Under the pieces are notes generated by a model that saw nothing but the letters and a program-made list of their open reading frames with translations, was not told the DNA's origin and made no database searches. Made by a program: the position numbers and the translations under genes. Below, one piece after another: positions 17,602 through 27,918 of a DNA stretch of 64,000 bases (positions are counted from its first letter, which is position 1; the number at the start of each line of letters is the position of its first letter). Source of the stretch: Parcubacteria group bacterium (GTDB lineage: Bacteria > Patescibacteriota > Minisyncoccia > Phycocordibacterales > UBA2135); assembly GCA_016180525.1 (NCBI GenBank), contig JACPBB010000001.1:251840-315839 (forward strand), given 5' to 3'.

Positions 17602-18314
17602 AATAGTTTGTCGCCGAAAATACTCTGCGCGTTTCTATAATCTTTCTCAATATTAATATTCACCCAGCGAGGATCATCTGAAAAAAACGGCTCTATTTTA
17701 ATTTCTTCAGATATTTTTGGGAGTGGCATAAAAAAACCTCCTCTCTGCGGAGCATCTCTAAACATTTCTTCGGCGATAGAAAAATAACGCTCACTTGCTG
17801 ATTGTGAAAGTTTGTAAATTCCAAACGCGCTACCGTGCGATAATTGTTCTATATCGTGTCCAATCTCTACAATGCTCTTATCAGAAACATGAACCAAAAC
17901 GGGGTGGGCTTCCGTATTAACAGGGTCTACCACAACTGCGTTATCTAATCCCGAGGCAAGAAAATTTTTTAGGATATCTGAATGAAAGATGGTGTCTCCA
18001 TTCAAAAAAAGCATTCCGTTAGTAACGTGTTCGCGCGCAAGAAACATTGAGTAAAGATTGTCGGTATTTTCAAAATCCTCATTAATAACAAACGAAAGAG
18101 AGCAGCCGTGAGAATTTTTTTTAAGAAAATCCATAACAGTTTCTGCTTCATAGCCAAGAACAACCGTAACTTTTTTTATTCCATTTTCAAAAAGACTCAA
18201 AAGTATGTGCTCAATGACTCGCTTGTCGCCCAGGGGCAAAAGCGCCTTCGGGTATTTCTCCGTCAGGTTTGCAATTCTTTTTCCGCGTCCCGCTGCGCAA
18301 ATTATTGCTCTCAT
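17598..18314 (-). CDS. LicC-like nucleotidyltransferase (CTP:phospho-alcohol/sugar-phosphate cytidylyltransferase family)
   Basis: MRAIICAAGRGKRIANLTEKYPKALLPLGDKRVIEHILLSLFENGIKKVTVVLGY...NTDNLYSMFL aligns closely with S. pneumoniae LicC (MKAIILAAGLGTRL..TENTPKALV...PLIEYQIEFLKEKGI...VGY...NNFYSLYL). Confidence 0.8.
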   Translation of the reverse strand: MRAIICAAGRGKRIANLTEKYPKALLPLGDKRVIEHILLSLFENGIKKVTVVLGYEAETVMDFLKKNSHGCSLSFVINEDFENTDNLYSMFLAREHVTNGMLFLNGDTIFHSDILKNFLASGLDNAVVVDPVNTEAHPVLVHVSDKSIVEIGHDIEQLSHGSAFGIYKLSQSASERYFSIAEEMFRDAPQRGGFFMPLPKISEEIKIEPFFSDDPRWVNINIEKDYRNAQSIFGDKLL

Positions 18315-18334
18315 TATCTATATAAAACACACTT

Positions 18335-20242
18335 TTAAAGAGAAATGTTGTATTCTCTCATCCACAACTCAAGGGTTGTGAGCATCCACACATTAAGCCC
18401 TTGTCGGCTATTCGGACCTTTGGGCACGCGCTCTAAAAATTGCGCAAGGTATTTTTCATTAAACAAGGACTTTGATTTTGAATTATTTCCGAGAAGGAGC
18501 TCTTTTGCCGAGGAATTAAACTCTCCGGCAAACCAATCGTTGAGGGGCGCTGGAGGACCGAGTTTCTTTCGATCAACAATTTCGCTAGGCAAATACTCGC
18601 GAGCTATCTCCTTTAGGAGATATTTAGAAATATCGTGTGTCTCGCTTATCTGGTCGCTATTTAAAATTTCTGCTTTCCTTTTGTCTTTTTCAGACTTCCA
18701 TCTCATTTTATACGAAAGCGGAAGTGAAGAAACATATTCAATTAAACGATGATCAACATACGGCTCACGCGCTTCCACAGAAAATGCCATTGAGTCCGTA
18801 TCGAGTCGGTGTAAAAGACCCAAAAGATGAGAGCGTTCAAAAACATGCATAATTTGTTCCTCATATGAAAGTCCTGACACTTCTTTAAACACTGCCTCAA
18901 AAAAAATTTTGTTAAGAAAATCACTACTATATTTTTCTACAACGCCCTGCTTAATAAGTTCTTTTTTTTCATTTTCTGGAAAATAAGAATAAAGCGATAG
19001 AAAATGGTCAACAATGGTTTTTTTATTCAAATCGCTATATTTCTTCAAGAGGTTTTTCTCAAGAGTTCCTGCCACCCCTTTGTGTATTCTTTCAAGATCA
19101 TATCCGCTTCTAAAAATTCTCCCATACCCGCCGAAAAGCTCATCGGCACCTTCTCCTGCAAGTACAACAGTAATGTGTTTTTTTAACTCTTTTGAGAGCA
19201 ACGTTCCAGAAACTTCAAATGGCACTGCGAGTGGAGCGTCTTTAAAGCGTATTGTCTCTCTCGCCGCATCAAGATATGTTTTGCCGTCAAGCAAAAGTTC
19301 ATGGTGTTCCGTATTAAAAAGTTTTGCCACCTTCCTGGCATATTTAAATTCATTAAAAGATTCTCCTTTAAAACCAACAGAAAATGTTTTAACTGGCTTT
19401 GGAGAAAGCAACGCCATGAGTACCGTTATTAAGCTTGAATCAAGACCCCCGCTTAAATAAGTACCAACGGGAACATCGCTTATCATTCTATATTTAATTG
19501 ACGAAAGAAGCAGTTCTTTTGTTTTTTCTTTTGCTTCTTTTTCTCCAGGATCTTTTTTATTGACAATCGCTGGCAATTTCCAGTAAGAAATCGGCTCGTT
19601 AACGGCTTTTGAAGTTACCGCAAGATAATGTCCCGGTAAAAGAGACAAAACCCCCTCAAACATTGTCTTTGCTCCTAATGGATACCGGTAGCTTAAAAAG
19701 TCCAAAAAACTCTCATAATTGAGTTTTTTTTGCAGGTCAGACATAGACAATATACCCTTTATCTCTGAAGAAAAATAAAATGTTCCTCTGTAAAAGGAGT
19801 AATAAAATGGTTTGACGCCCAATCGATCTCGGGCGCAAAAAAGTTCTTTTTTTTGTCTATCCCATATTGCGAAGGCAAACATACCGTTTAATTTTTGAAG
19901 AGACCGTGGCCCCCAGATTATGTAGGCGGCAAGGAGCACTTCAGTATCAGTTTGAGTTTTAAACGGGTATTTGTCCTTGAGCTCGCTTTTCAGTTCGCGA
20001 TAATTGTAAATTTCACCGTTGAAAACAATAGCGTATCTGCCGTCATGAGAGTAAAACGGTTGGCGGCCATCAGTAGAAAGATCAATAATTGAAAGTCTCC
20101 GATGTCCCAGCGCGATTCCCTCTTCCGGAGCATAGTAAATACCCGCATCGTCTGGCCCGCGATGAATCATCGTATCTCTCGCTTTTTTGAATTGTTCTTG
20201 GCTCGGCAAATGTTTGCCTAAAACGCCGATGATTGCGCACAT
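18335..20242 (-). CDS. asnB: asparagine synthase (glutamine-hydrolysing)
   Basis: N-terminal MCAIIG Ntn-glutaminase start, HRGPDD, and SGGLDSS PP-loop. 635 aa. Confidence 0.92.
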   Translation of the reverse strand: MCAIIGVLGKHLPSQEQFKKARDTMIHRGPDDAGIYYAPEEGIALGHRRLSIIDLSTDGRQPFYSHDGRYAIVFNGEIYNYRELKSELKDKYPFKTQTDTEVLLAAYIIWGPRSLQKLNGMFAFAIWDRQKKELFCARDRLGVKPFYYSFYRGTFYFSSEIKGILSMSDLQKKLNYESFLDFLSYRYPLGAKTMFEGVLSLLPGHYLAVTSKAVNEPISYWKLPAIVNKKDPGEKEAKEKTKELLLSSIKYRMISDVPVGTYLSGGLDSSLITVLMALLSPKPVKTFSVGFKGESFNEFKYARKVAKLFNTEHHELLLDGKTYLDAARETIRFKDAPLAVPFEVSGTLLSKELKKHITVVLAGEGADELFGGYGRIFRSGYDLERIHKGVAGTLEKNLLKKYSDLNKKTIVDHFLSLYSYFPENEKKELIKQGVVEKYSSDFLNKIFFEAVFKEVSGLSYEEQIMHVFERSHLLGLLHRLDTDSMAFSVEAREPYVDHRLIEYVSSLPLSYKMRWKSEKDKRKAEILNSDQISETHDISKYLLKEIAREYLPSEIVDRKKLGPPAPLNDWFAGEFNSSAKELLLGNNSKSKSLFNEKYLAQFLERVPKGPNSRQGLNVWMLTTLELWMREYNISL

Positions 20243-20330
20243 AAAAATTTAAAATGAAAAGCGAAAACGTAAAATAATTTTGAATTGTTATTTTAAGTTT
20301 TGCGTTTTGCTTTTTGCATTTAGAATTCCT
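20243..20330 (-). promoter_or_regulatory. conserved upstream element, copy upstream of asnB
   Basis: In gene orientation: GCAAAACGCAAAACTTAAAATAAC...TTTTCGCTTTTCATTTTAAATTTTT then ATG. A third, more divergent copy lies at about 6211-6260 upstream of (and overlapping the annotated start of) gene 4810-6222. Confidence 0.6.
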
Positions 20331-21661
20331 GTCAGGAATTCGTTGATTCTTTCGGCTGACTTCCCATCAAGTTTATATATAAATTGACTAATCATATTTT
20401 GCACATCCCTTTGTTGATTTTCTTCCAAAATATTCTTCAAAAATTTTAAAAATTCCTCCTCGCTTCTCGCAAGCCATGTTCCGCGAGATTCCATTAAATG
20501 CCTTACGTAATCGCTTATGAATAGTCGTTTTACCGACGCGCTCTCCGGAGTAGCAGTGACATCAAAGTTAAAGTTTACAACGGGAGTTCCGCACGCAATG
20601 GCGTCAAGCGAAAGCGTGGAGGCAACGTTCACGCACACATCCGCGTGATAGAGAGAGTTGAAAAGATTATACACGTGTTCTATTGAAGTATCATAATGAT
20701 CTCGAAGAGCGTGATTTTGTTTATCGCTCGTGTCAACAGCCATTCCTTTTTGCCCGCGTAAGGATAAAAACCGCTCCGCATCTCCCTTATAACCCAAGTG
20801 CGGGCGTATGAGTATGTTTGCCTCCGCAAGTTTTCCTTCATCCATAAATTTCCTGATTAAAAGAACGTGCTTTGATTCATCAAATAGTTTCGCCCCAGCT
20901 GAACCATAAAGAATTATTTTCTTTTTTGGATCAAAGTTGTGCTTTTTACAAAAATCTTCCCGTGAGAGTAATCCCTCTTTCCGCGCATAGAAATCAAACT
21001 GCGGAATGCCCGTAACGATGATTTCAGTATCAGAATATCCTTGGAGTGTAATCGCCTTCTCGCGCATAAAATTATTCCACACAATAAGAAAATCCGCCTT
21101 GGAGGAAAAAAGCGCCTGAGATACATTGTCCCATGTTTTGGGCATATCAACCGTTATTACACCAAAACGCCGTGCGCTTTCAATTACGCCACAATCACCG
21201 CCCGCTGCTGTATTAAAAACTAAATCAGGTTTATATTTTTCAAAAAGATAATCGTGGGCCAGAAGCGGATTTATAAATGAATGTACGGCGCGAATGATCC
21301 ATTTTGCGAAAGGCACATACCGCAGTGGCGCAAAAAAAATCATCCGAAGCGGAAAAAGAACGGTGCTCGGATTTTGTGGAGTTCCGATACTATACCGATA
21401 TCGGGCATATACACTACTGTTAAAAACAGCCCCCTTATAAAGCTCTTTAAAAAATCTTCTAAATTTTTCTTTTTGGTCCCAATGCAGGGGTTCTAATATT
21501 AAATTTTTATGAGCAAAACTGGAAAACAGTTCTGGCATTTTATAATATGGGGTCAAAACCACAACATGAAAACCGCTCTCAAGGAGACGGGAAACCACTC
21601 CAGTGTGAAACATATTGCGAATGATTCCTCCACGAGAAACAGTGATGAAAATTGTTTTCAT
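20288..21661 (-). CDS. GT-B fold, TagF-like surface glycopolymer protein, paralog B
   Basis: MKTIFITVSRGGIIRN, KYKPDLVF, IRPHL and HADVCVNVASTLSLDAIACGTPVVNF motifs. Paralog of 4810-6222. Confidence 0.4.
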   Translation of the reverse strand: MKTIFITVSRGGIIRNMFHTGVVSRLLESGFHVVVLTPYYKMPELFSSFAHKNLILEPLHWDQKEKFRRFFKELYKGAVFNSSVYARYRYSIGTPQNPSTVLFPLRMIFFAPLRYVPFAKWIIRAVHSFINPLLAHDYLFEKYKPDLVFNTAAGGDCGVIESARRFGVITVDMPKTWDNVSQALFSSKADFLIVWNNFMREKAITLQGYSDTEIIVTGIPQFDFYARKEGLLSREDFCKKHNFDPKKKIILYGSAGAKLFDESKHVLLIRKFMDEGKLAEANILIRPHLGYKGDAERFLSLRGQKGMAVDTSDKQNHALRDHYDTSIEHVYNLFNSLYHADVCVNVASTLSLDAIACGTPVVNFNFDVTATPESASVKRLFISDYVRHLMESRGTWLARSEEEFLKFLKNILEENQQRDVQNMISQFIYKLDGKSAERINEFLTGILNAKSKTQNLK

Positions 21662-21772
21662 AAGTAAGTAATAACCAGAATAATCCAGATTTTTTACCCT
21701 AATAACTAACTCAAACGTATGCTGTATCCGGCTTATTCGAGCAATCTATATGTCCGGATTATTATTATAACC
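21662..21772. repeat. intergenic palindromic element, same family, copy 3
   Basis: AATAACCAGAATAATCCAGAT (about 21670-21690) versus the reverse complement of GTCCGGATTATTATTATAACC (about 21752-21772); also CCGGCTTATTCGAG. Fills the gap upstream of gene 20288-21661. Confidence 0.7.
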
Positions 21773-22939
21773 TTATTGTTTTTCTTTAAGTTCTGACAGA
21801 GCAATCTTTAAAAACGAACCGGGACGCAAAAGTTCAAACGCTTCTCGAGCCATTTTTTGCCTCTCTTGGAATTCTTTATTATCTAAAGCATTATAAAAAT
21901 CAAGGATTGCCTGTTCAGTATCTTTAATACGAGTGTAGTCAACTGTAACGACAAATTTATCATAATCAATAAAATCTTTGAGTGGCAGTTCGCAATCCGT
22001 ATTAATGAGTACCGGAAATCTGCCGAGGGACAATGTTTCAAAAAAACGAACAGAGGCATTTCCGTTTCCTTTTGGGGCAAGCACAAAATCAGTGTGTAGT
22101 ATGCTTTCAACATATTCTTTTTCACCCTTTTCGTATCCAATTTGTTTTTTCCCATCAAACCCGCTTTGCGCGTTGAAAGACCTTCGTAATATAAAATTCG
22201 TATTTAAACGAGTTGACCCGCTAAGAACCTGTACGGCCTTTCTTCTAAAAAAAATGCCTCGCTTATGAAGTTCTGCATATTTGTCTTGAAAAACATATTT
22301 CTTTACATCAGAAAGCAGCGCTCTGCCCGCATATGTAATTCTTCGATAGAAACTCGGAAAGTTCGCCCATCCACAAAAACTGACTGTCGGTTTTTCATTT
22401 TTTTCACGCAAAAAAATGCTTTTCCATATTTTTTTTCTATATTCAGAAAGTTCCGGTGGCCTAAAGTGAAGCGGGTACGGCGGTGTTATTATTTCATTTT
22501 CTTTTTGTTTATATTTATATTGAGAATATCTGAAAATAATAGAATGCGGAATTGAAATATCTTCGTCGGAATCCGTCATCGAGAATACAAGTATCTTCTT
22601 TTTATATTTTTCAGCAAGTGAAATAAAATGCGCAAGAAGAGCCTCCGACTTTCGTAACGCACTCATTTTGTCTTCTTGGTTTTTTTTATTATATGGATAA
22701 CGCAATACCGCGTAGTTGTGTGGTAATAGTAAAAAATCGGCATCCTCTGGATTGCTAACAATTCGTAAAAAATCAAAAGACGCTTCACTGGAAGATCCTT
22801 GAAACATGTTCCACAAATTCGGCTCTATCTCTTTGTTTTTATGCAAAACTTTTTCAAGAAAAAAAACGAGTGGAGCATTTTTAAGAGGTGCCCCTATATA
22901 TACAGATATAACATTATTATTCATATTGTTTTTTAACAA
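21773..22939 (-). CDS. GT47 (exostosin-like) family glycosyltransferase, paralog 1
   Basis: C-terminal FVLAPKGNGNASVRFFETLSLGRFPVLINTDCELP...DYDKFVV matches the exostosin/GT47 motif F.L.PRG.G..S.R..EA...GCIPV.ISD...P....I.W..F.V. Confidence 0.55.
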   Translation of the reverse strand: MLKNNMNNNVISVYIGAPLKNAPLVFFLEKVLHKNKEIEPNLWNMFQGSSSEASFDFLRIVSNPEDADFLLLPHNYAVLRYPYNKKNQEDKMSALRKSEALLAHFISLAEKYKKKILVFSMTDSDEDISIPHSIIFRYSQYKYKQKENEIITPPYPLHFRPPELSEYRKKIWKSIFLREKNEKPTVSFCGWANFPSFYRRITYAGRALLSDVKKYVFQDKYAELHKRGIFFRRKAVQVLSGSTRLNTNFILRRSFNAQSGFDGKKQIGYEKGEKEYVESILHTDFVLAPKGNGNASVRFFETLSLGRFPVLINTDCELPLKDFIDYDKFVVTVDYTRIKDTEQAILDFYNALDNKEFQERQKMAREAFELLRPGSFLKIALSELKEKQ

Positions 22940-23627
22940 AAATTAAAGACATGCCAACAAAAGCATACAGGGTGTATGACCTCTCTGAAAGAAACGCGTA
23001 TATCTCATTTTCGCGCGGAACATCAGGATTAAATCTTGTGCTTTCAACGACGACAACGCGTGGAGCATATTTCCCCCAGTCGTTTGACTCCAAAACCTCT
23101 AAGTCCATTCCCTCCGCGTCTACATTTAACAAATCTATAGCCGTTCCTAGTGGAACATAATGCTTTAAAATTTCTCTAAGCGAGACACACGATATTTTTT
23201 GTTCACCGATAAAATTGACTCCAGATTTTTGTCTCCACATTTCTGCTTTTTCTTTTGAAAATGTATTCCAATTTGAGTGAGAAAATGTATAGTATGTTAA
23301 ATTTTTTCTTTCATTTGAAATGCCGGTTTGTATATTTGTGTCGTTGCGCCGGCAGAGATCAAAAAGTTTGATTGTTTCCGGATTTGGGTCTATATTTATC
23401 CCCCCCCACCCCTTTTTGTGTAAAAGATATGTGTTTGAATAGTGTTTCGGGTGATATGCCCCAACATCAACATAAAAACCGTTTTTTTTCTTGAGAAGCT
23501 TCTGGAGAATAACGTCTTCACCAAATTGTGAATAAGATTTTTGAGGATTGCTAAAAAAAGTATTTTTAAAAAAAGATATGCGTGGAAAATATGAACGAGG
23601 GATGAGTCGTTTTAATTGTTTTATCAT
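22917..23627 (-). CDS. FkbM-family methyltransferase
   Basis: YSQFGEDVILQKLL...GFYVDVGAYHPKHYSNT and NVDAEGMDLEVL are typical of the Methyltransf_21/FkbM domain. Confidence 0.75.
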   Translation of the reverse strand: MIKQLKRLIPRSYFPRISFFKNTFFSNPQKSYSQFGEDVILQKLLKKKNGFYVDVGAYHPKHYSNTYLLHKKGWGGINIDPNPETIKLFDLCRRNDTNIQTGISNERKNLTYYTFSHSNWNTFSKEKAEMWRQKSGVNFIGEQKISCVSLREILKHYVPLGTAIDLLNVDAEGMDLEVLESNDWGKYAPRVVVVESTRFNPDVPRENEIYAFLSERSYTLYAFVGMSLIFVKKQYE

Positions 23628-23688
23628 GTATCTTGTAATTTCAATTAAATAAATAGGGACGTGCTCAATAAAATTTAATTTACATTGA

Positions 23689-24615
23689 TCACTTATTTTC
23701 TATAACTATTTTTATAATGTAGGGGGTGCTTCCTTTGTTTTCATAATAAATACGAAGAATTATTTCAGCGAGAAAGCCCATCATGATGAGAAGTACCCCC
23801 ACAACGACAAAAAGCGCCGCAAGCGTCGGTAGAGGAGTTTGAGATAAATGAAAAAGTCCCAGCAATTTAAGAACAACGGACGAGGCGGCAGAGACAATTC
23901 CGAGAAAAATAGAAACAAGTCCCCATCCACCAAAAAATAAAAAGGGGCGCGCCAAGTAGTCAGACATAAACTTTATGACCAAGAGATCCGCGAAGCTTTT
24001 CATAAGCTTTGTGAGGTGGTATTTTGATACTCCTGACTTTCTGTATGCATGGCTAACAGGAACTTCGGCAACTCGCGCTCCACGAGCATATAAAATAGCA
24101 GGCAAAAAAGAGTGCATTTCCCCATATAAATGTAATCCCGCAAGGACTTCTTTGCGAATTGCTTTAAGAGGCGCCGCGGAATCGTGGAGCGGTAATCCGG
24201 TAATAGCGCTAGTAAGATTATTCGCCATGCGAGAAATCATCTTTCGCGTGAAACCATCGTGACGATTGGCGCGCCAACCTGAGACAACATCATATCCCTC
24301 GCGCAACTTTTGAATAAGGAGTGGAATATCTTCTGGGTTATTTTGTAAATCTGCGTCAATCGTCACAATAACATCGCCCCCGGCTTTCTTTATTCCGGCA
24401 TCAAGAGCCGCCGACTGTCCTTTATTTTTAGCTAAAGAAATTATTGTTAGTGGATAAAGTTTTTTAAGCGCCGCGAGAGTTTCGTCTGTTGACCCGTCAT
24501 CAACCGCAATAATTTCAAAATCCTCTGAAAGCCCCTCAAGCGATTGCCGTATGCGAAGGTGAAGTTCTTCAATATTCTTTTCTTCGTTATATGCGGGGAA
24601 AATAACCGAGATCAT
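23689..24615 (-). CDS. GT2 polyprenyl-phosphate glycosyltransferase with C-terminal TM helices (GtrB/ArnC-like)
   Basis: MISVIFPAYNEE, IIAVDDGSTDET, DADLQNNPEDIP and two C-terminal TM helices. Confidence 0.85.
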   Translation of the reverse strand: MISVIFPAYNEEKNIEELHLRIRQSLEGLSEDFEIIAVDDGSTDETLAALKKLYPLTIISLAKNKGQSAALDAGIKKAGGDVIVTIDADLQNNPEDIPLLIQKLREGYDVVSGWRANRHDGFTRKMISRMANNLTSAITGLPLHDSAAPLKAIRKEVLAGLHLYGEMHSFLPAILYARGARVAEVPVSHAYRKSGVSKYHLTKLMKSFADLLVIKFMSDYLARPFLFFGGWGLVSIFLGIVSAASSVVLKLLGLFHLSQTPLPTLAALFVVVGVLLIMMGFLAEIILRIYYENKGSTPYIIKIVIENK

Positions 24616-24687
24616 AAAAGCTAAATTAAAAATGAAAAATAATCTTAATATGACTATAACATCAAAAATAACAAAAAAGTAATTGTT

Positions 24688-25431
24688 TTATAATGATTTT
24701 TGCGCGACAACCAAAATAGAACTTCCCCAGGGAATAGGTATTATTTTCATCAAAATCCGCTCCATGGTAAGCCAGAATATTAAAAGTGAGTTCAAAAATG
24801 TGGGAAGTATAATGTCATCAGTTTTCGGCTGATTATTTTTTCTAGAAAAACGGAATGCCTTTCCCGCAAAAAATTTTAGTGCTCTAAACGGAATTGATAA
24901 AAAAACAAAGTGACTTGATTCTTTAATTATAAAGCCGGCCATCATTATTTTTTCAAGCAATTCTTTCTTTGCATATCGTCGCTTATGATGGAGCGCGATA
25001 TCGTGCTCCGACCACATCCATTTATACGCTGGAACGGTCAACAAAAAAAATCCACCGGGCTTTAAAATTCTAAATATTTCATGAAGTGCCCTCACGTCAT
25101 CATCAATGTGCTCAATAACATCAAGCGCGGATGCCCCATCAAAACAATTGTTCGGGAATGGAAGTTCTGTTGCAGAGCCTCGAACTATTTTTTTATATCC
25201 TTCTGCCTCTGCATATCGAAGCGCCTCATCATTTGAATCAACCCCCACCACTTCTCCAAATTCTCTGAGAAAAAGAATGTTTCCTCCGGGGCCGCATCCC
25301 ACATCAAGAATATTTCCCGTCTTTAAACGTGCGTGGCGCCTAAGCGCGTCTTTCAAGATGCGTCGCCTACCAACATTCCACCAAAAAAACCGCTCTCGGT
25401 CCTTTAAAAGTTTATATTCTTTATGTTCCAT
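24688..25431 (-). CDS. class I SAM-dependent methyltransferase
   Basis: LDVGCGPGGN, VGVDSN, FDGASALDVIEHIDDD, LKPGGFFLLTVP motifs. Confidence 0.85.
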   Translation of the reverse strand: MEHKEYKLLKDRERFFWWNVGRRRILKDALRRHARLKTGNILDVGCGPGGNILFLREFGEVVGVDSNDEALRYAEAEGYKKIVRGSATELPFPNNCFDGASALDVIEHIDDDVRALHEIFRILKPGGFFLLTVPAYKWMWSEHDIALHHKRRYAKKELLEKIMMAGFIIKESSHFVFLSIPFRALKFFAGKAFRFSRKNNQPKTDDIILPTFLNSLLIFWLTMERILMKIIPIPWGSSILVVAQKSL

Positions 25432-26053
25432 TGCGTTTATGCAGATAGACTTTGTTCAAAACATGAAATAATTTTGTGATAAAAGAGTTTTCAAAAAGAT
25501 TGTCGCTGTGAATAAGGATGCTTCGGCGCATTCCAGAGGCAATAGGGAGATTTCCGTGATATGTTGTTGACCCGTCGAAAACCATAACATCGCCTGCCTT
25601 AAGGGAAACTCGTGTAAAAAATTTGTCTCGTATCGATTTCCTGGGAAGAATAAGCCATGAAATAGGGTTTGTCCAAAATAATTTCGTAAGAGTATATATG
25701 AGTGAGGATTTGGTATGGCGGCGAAGATTCGGACGTATCAGTATGTCTCCATTCTCTTCTCCCAGAACAGAGCGAAGAACAATGAGTATTGTTTTTCTCT
25801 GATTATCAAAATGCCAACATTGTGATGCCCTGTTTCCTTTTTCTGTTACAGATCGTATTACGGTATATGCATTTTCCCCAAACTTGATGTTATCGCACTC
25901 TGCAAAAAGCTTATCTTTAAAGTCAGCTAATATTGTTTCACTGTGGGGAGGAGGTATAATTTCAAAACTCTCCCCACTGCTTGCGGCATCAATTTTTTTA
26001 TTTATCGCATCCAAAACCTCATTACTTATTGCTTGTTTTAAAATTGTATGCAT
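25421..26053 (-). CDS. hypothetical protein, possible 2OG-Fe(II) oxygenase/PhyH-like fold
   Basis: WHFD (HxD) followed about 75 aa later by TYHG is compatible with the HxD...H facial triad. Weak. Confidence 0.3.
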   Translation of the reverse strand: MHTILKQAISNEVLDAINKKIDAASSGESFEIIPPPHSETILADFKDKLFAECDNIKFGENAYTVIRSVTEKGNRASQCWHFDNQRKTILIVLRSVLGEENGDILIRPNLRRHTKSSLIYTLTKLFWTNPISWLILPRKSIRDKFFTRVSLKAGDVMVFDGSTTYHGNLPIASGMRRSILIHSDNLFENSFITKLFHVLNKVYLHKRNGT

Positions 26054-26086
26054 AAAAGCAACGTGTCATAGATATTATATAGAAAG

Positions 26087-27907
26087 TTATCTTGTTTGGT
26101 ATCTATAAATAATAACCACGCCCGTATCATATAATTTTTCATACCTTTCTAAAAATGTTCTGTTCATGGCAATTTTTTCCTCACGCGGACCTACAAAAAT
26201 ATAATCAAGGTGATACGGAATTTCTTGTGGCACTATGAATGTTTCATACTCGTGAATATACAACGTGGATACATCAGGCGGAAGTTTGTATACAGGATAC
26301 TTATATGGCCGTAATGCTGAATCAAGTGCTCTGCTATTATATTCCGCGGTAAAAAAATTAAAAACACCGCGTTCTGACTCAATAGTTTCGGCAAACACAG
26401 CAGGAGAAATACCTAAAAACTTATATGTAATAAAAAAACGGTCAAGAACCTCTACTTTTGAAAGAAGGTTGTTTTGAGATCGCGCCTGAAAGATTCTGTT
26501 GTGCGTATATGCCGCGAGCTCAATGTTTGTCTCAATCGATGGGGTCATGACAACACTGTCTTTGGGCGTATTTTTATTAAGCCATTCATATGCCTCCATA
26601 AGAGCCGGGGCAACGGTATAATTGGCGGCATATTTTATATTTTCCTTAATTGTGCTTTCTAGAACGTGCGTCGTCAAAAACAAAATGGAAATGAGCGCAA
26701 GGACTGAAAATATTTTTCTCAAATACAAAGATCGCGACTTGAGCAATGGATTCACAAGAACCCATCCATAATATGCAAGCGTCGGCAATATCATTCCGTT
26801 AACAATTAAAAAAACCTTATTCCCCCAATGGTCAGACTGAAGTGAAAAACCGGTAATGACATTTATGTTATACACGATAATCCCCGTCACAGACAACGCG
26901 GCAAGAAAAAAACCAAGGGTTTTTTTAGAAAGTTTTTGTCCGATGTAAAGAGCCGCTCCCGCCATAAACGTGTGCAGGATATAAGTCTTCCATAAAAACC
27001 ATCGTACGCCATACTCCTCTTCAATACCCATACGAGCCATAATATCATCGTAGGAAGGAAGTTGAGAAAGATTATATTGATTTATCCAGAACGGAACGGA
27101 GACAATGACTCCGATAATGCCAGATAAAAAAACGGTTTTAGCGAAGGAGTAATTTTTTGTTAATACAAAAAACAAAAAAAGAACGCCGAGAAAAATTGTT
27201 GCAAACACCCAGAAATAAAAATAGAGATAAAAGAGCAGCCCATAAAAGATTCCTCCTAAAACAATGAAGGTTTTTTGTCTTGATTCTTCAGTAAGCGCTC
27301 TATACACAAAATAAAACATCAATACAAAAAATGGACCGCTCGGAATGTATGAATCTCTCGCTAAGAAATTAAGTTCAGAAGTTGTGACTCCTGAAAACGG
27401 AATAAATTGAAATATAAGCGCCTTCAGCTCGGTTAAAGACGAGGGAGGCAGGAGGGTCGACAATTGTGGAAAAAGCATAACCGCGTATGCGGAAACAAGA
27501 GAGAAGAATCTATGCTGTGTAAATCTATAGAGAACTAAAAAGAGTGATATGAAAATAAGTATTGGAAAAATAAATTCTGTTATTATGATTCCGGGAAAGA
27601 TTGACTCAAATGGCAAGAAAAATGGAAAAAGAATTGTAGCTGATAAAATTGGCCATAAAATAGGGCCGCCTTTGTGCTCATATGTGTCCATTTCGCCAGG
27701 AATAAACGCCCCGTCGACAATGTCTCGATAACGAGCGGCGTGAATGTTAATGTGGTCAAATGTTGAAGTAATGGTAAGCGGAATATAACGTTCTCCACGA
27801 TCTGTGAGTGTTTCATAACGGACAAAATGCGGCAAAACAGAATAAACGATGCCGATCATAAGAACAGCAAAGAAAAAAAGGATCTTAAACGAAAACAATT
27901 TTTGCAT
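26087..27907 (-). CDS. large polytopic membrane protein (putative GT-C-type glycosyltransferase or polymerase)
   Basis: 606 aa with at least 12 hydrophobic segments plus a soluble C-terminal domain. Sits in glycan-locus context. No precise family match. Confidence 0.4.
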   Translation of the reverse strand: MQKLFSFKILFFFAVLMIGIVYSVLPHFVRYETLTDRGERYIPLTITSTFDHINIHAARYRDIVDGAFIPGEMDTYEHKGGPILWPILSATILFPFFLPFESIFPGIIITEFIFPILIFISLFLVLYRFTQHRFFSLVSAYAVMLFPQLSTLLPPSSLTELKALIFQFIPFSGVTTSELNFLARDSYIPSGPFFVLMFYFVYRALTEESRQKTFIVLGGIFYGLLFYLYFYFWVFATIFLGVLFLFFVLTKNYSFAKTVFLSGIIGVIVSVPFWINQYNLSQLPSYDDIMARMGIEEEYGVRWFLWKTYILHTFMAGAALYIGQKLSKKTLGFFLAALSVTGIIVYNINVITGFSLQSDHWGNKVFLIVNGMILPTLAYYGWVLVNPLLKSRSLYLRKIFSVLALISILFLTTHVLESTIKENIKYAANYTVAPALMEAYEWLNKNTPKDSVVMTPSIETNIELAAYTHNRIFQARSQNNLLSKVEVLDRFFITYKFLGISPAVFAETIESERGVFNFFTAEYNSRALDSALRPYKYPVYKLPPDVSTLYIHEYETFIVPQEIPYHLDYIFVGPREEKIAMNRTFLERYEKLYDTGVVIIYRYQTR

Positions 27908-27918
27908 AAAAAATTCTG

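Noticed and set aside
25421-26053. Assigning gene 25421-26053 as a methyltransferase or glycosyltransferase from context
   Set aside because: No SAM-binding or GT motifs. Only a tentative HxD...H oxygenase-like pattern, so it is left as hypothetical.
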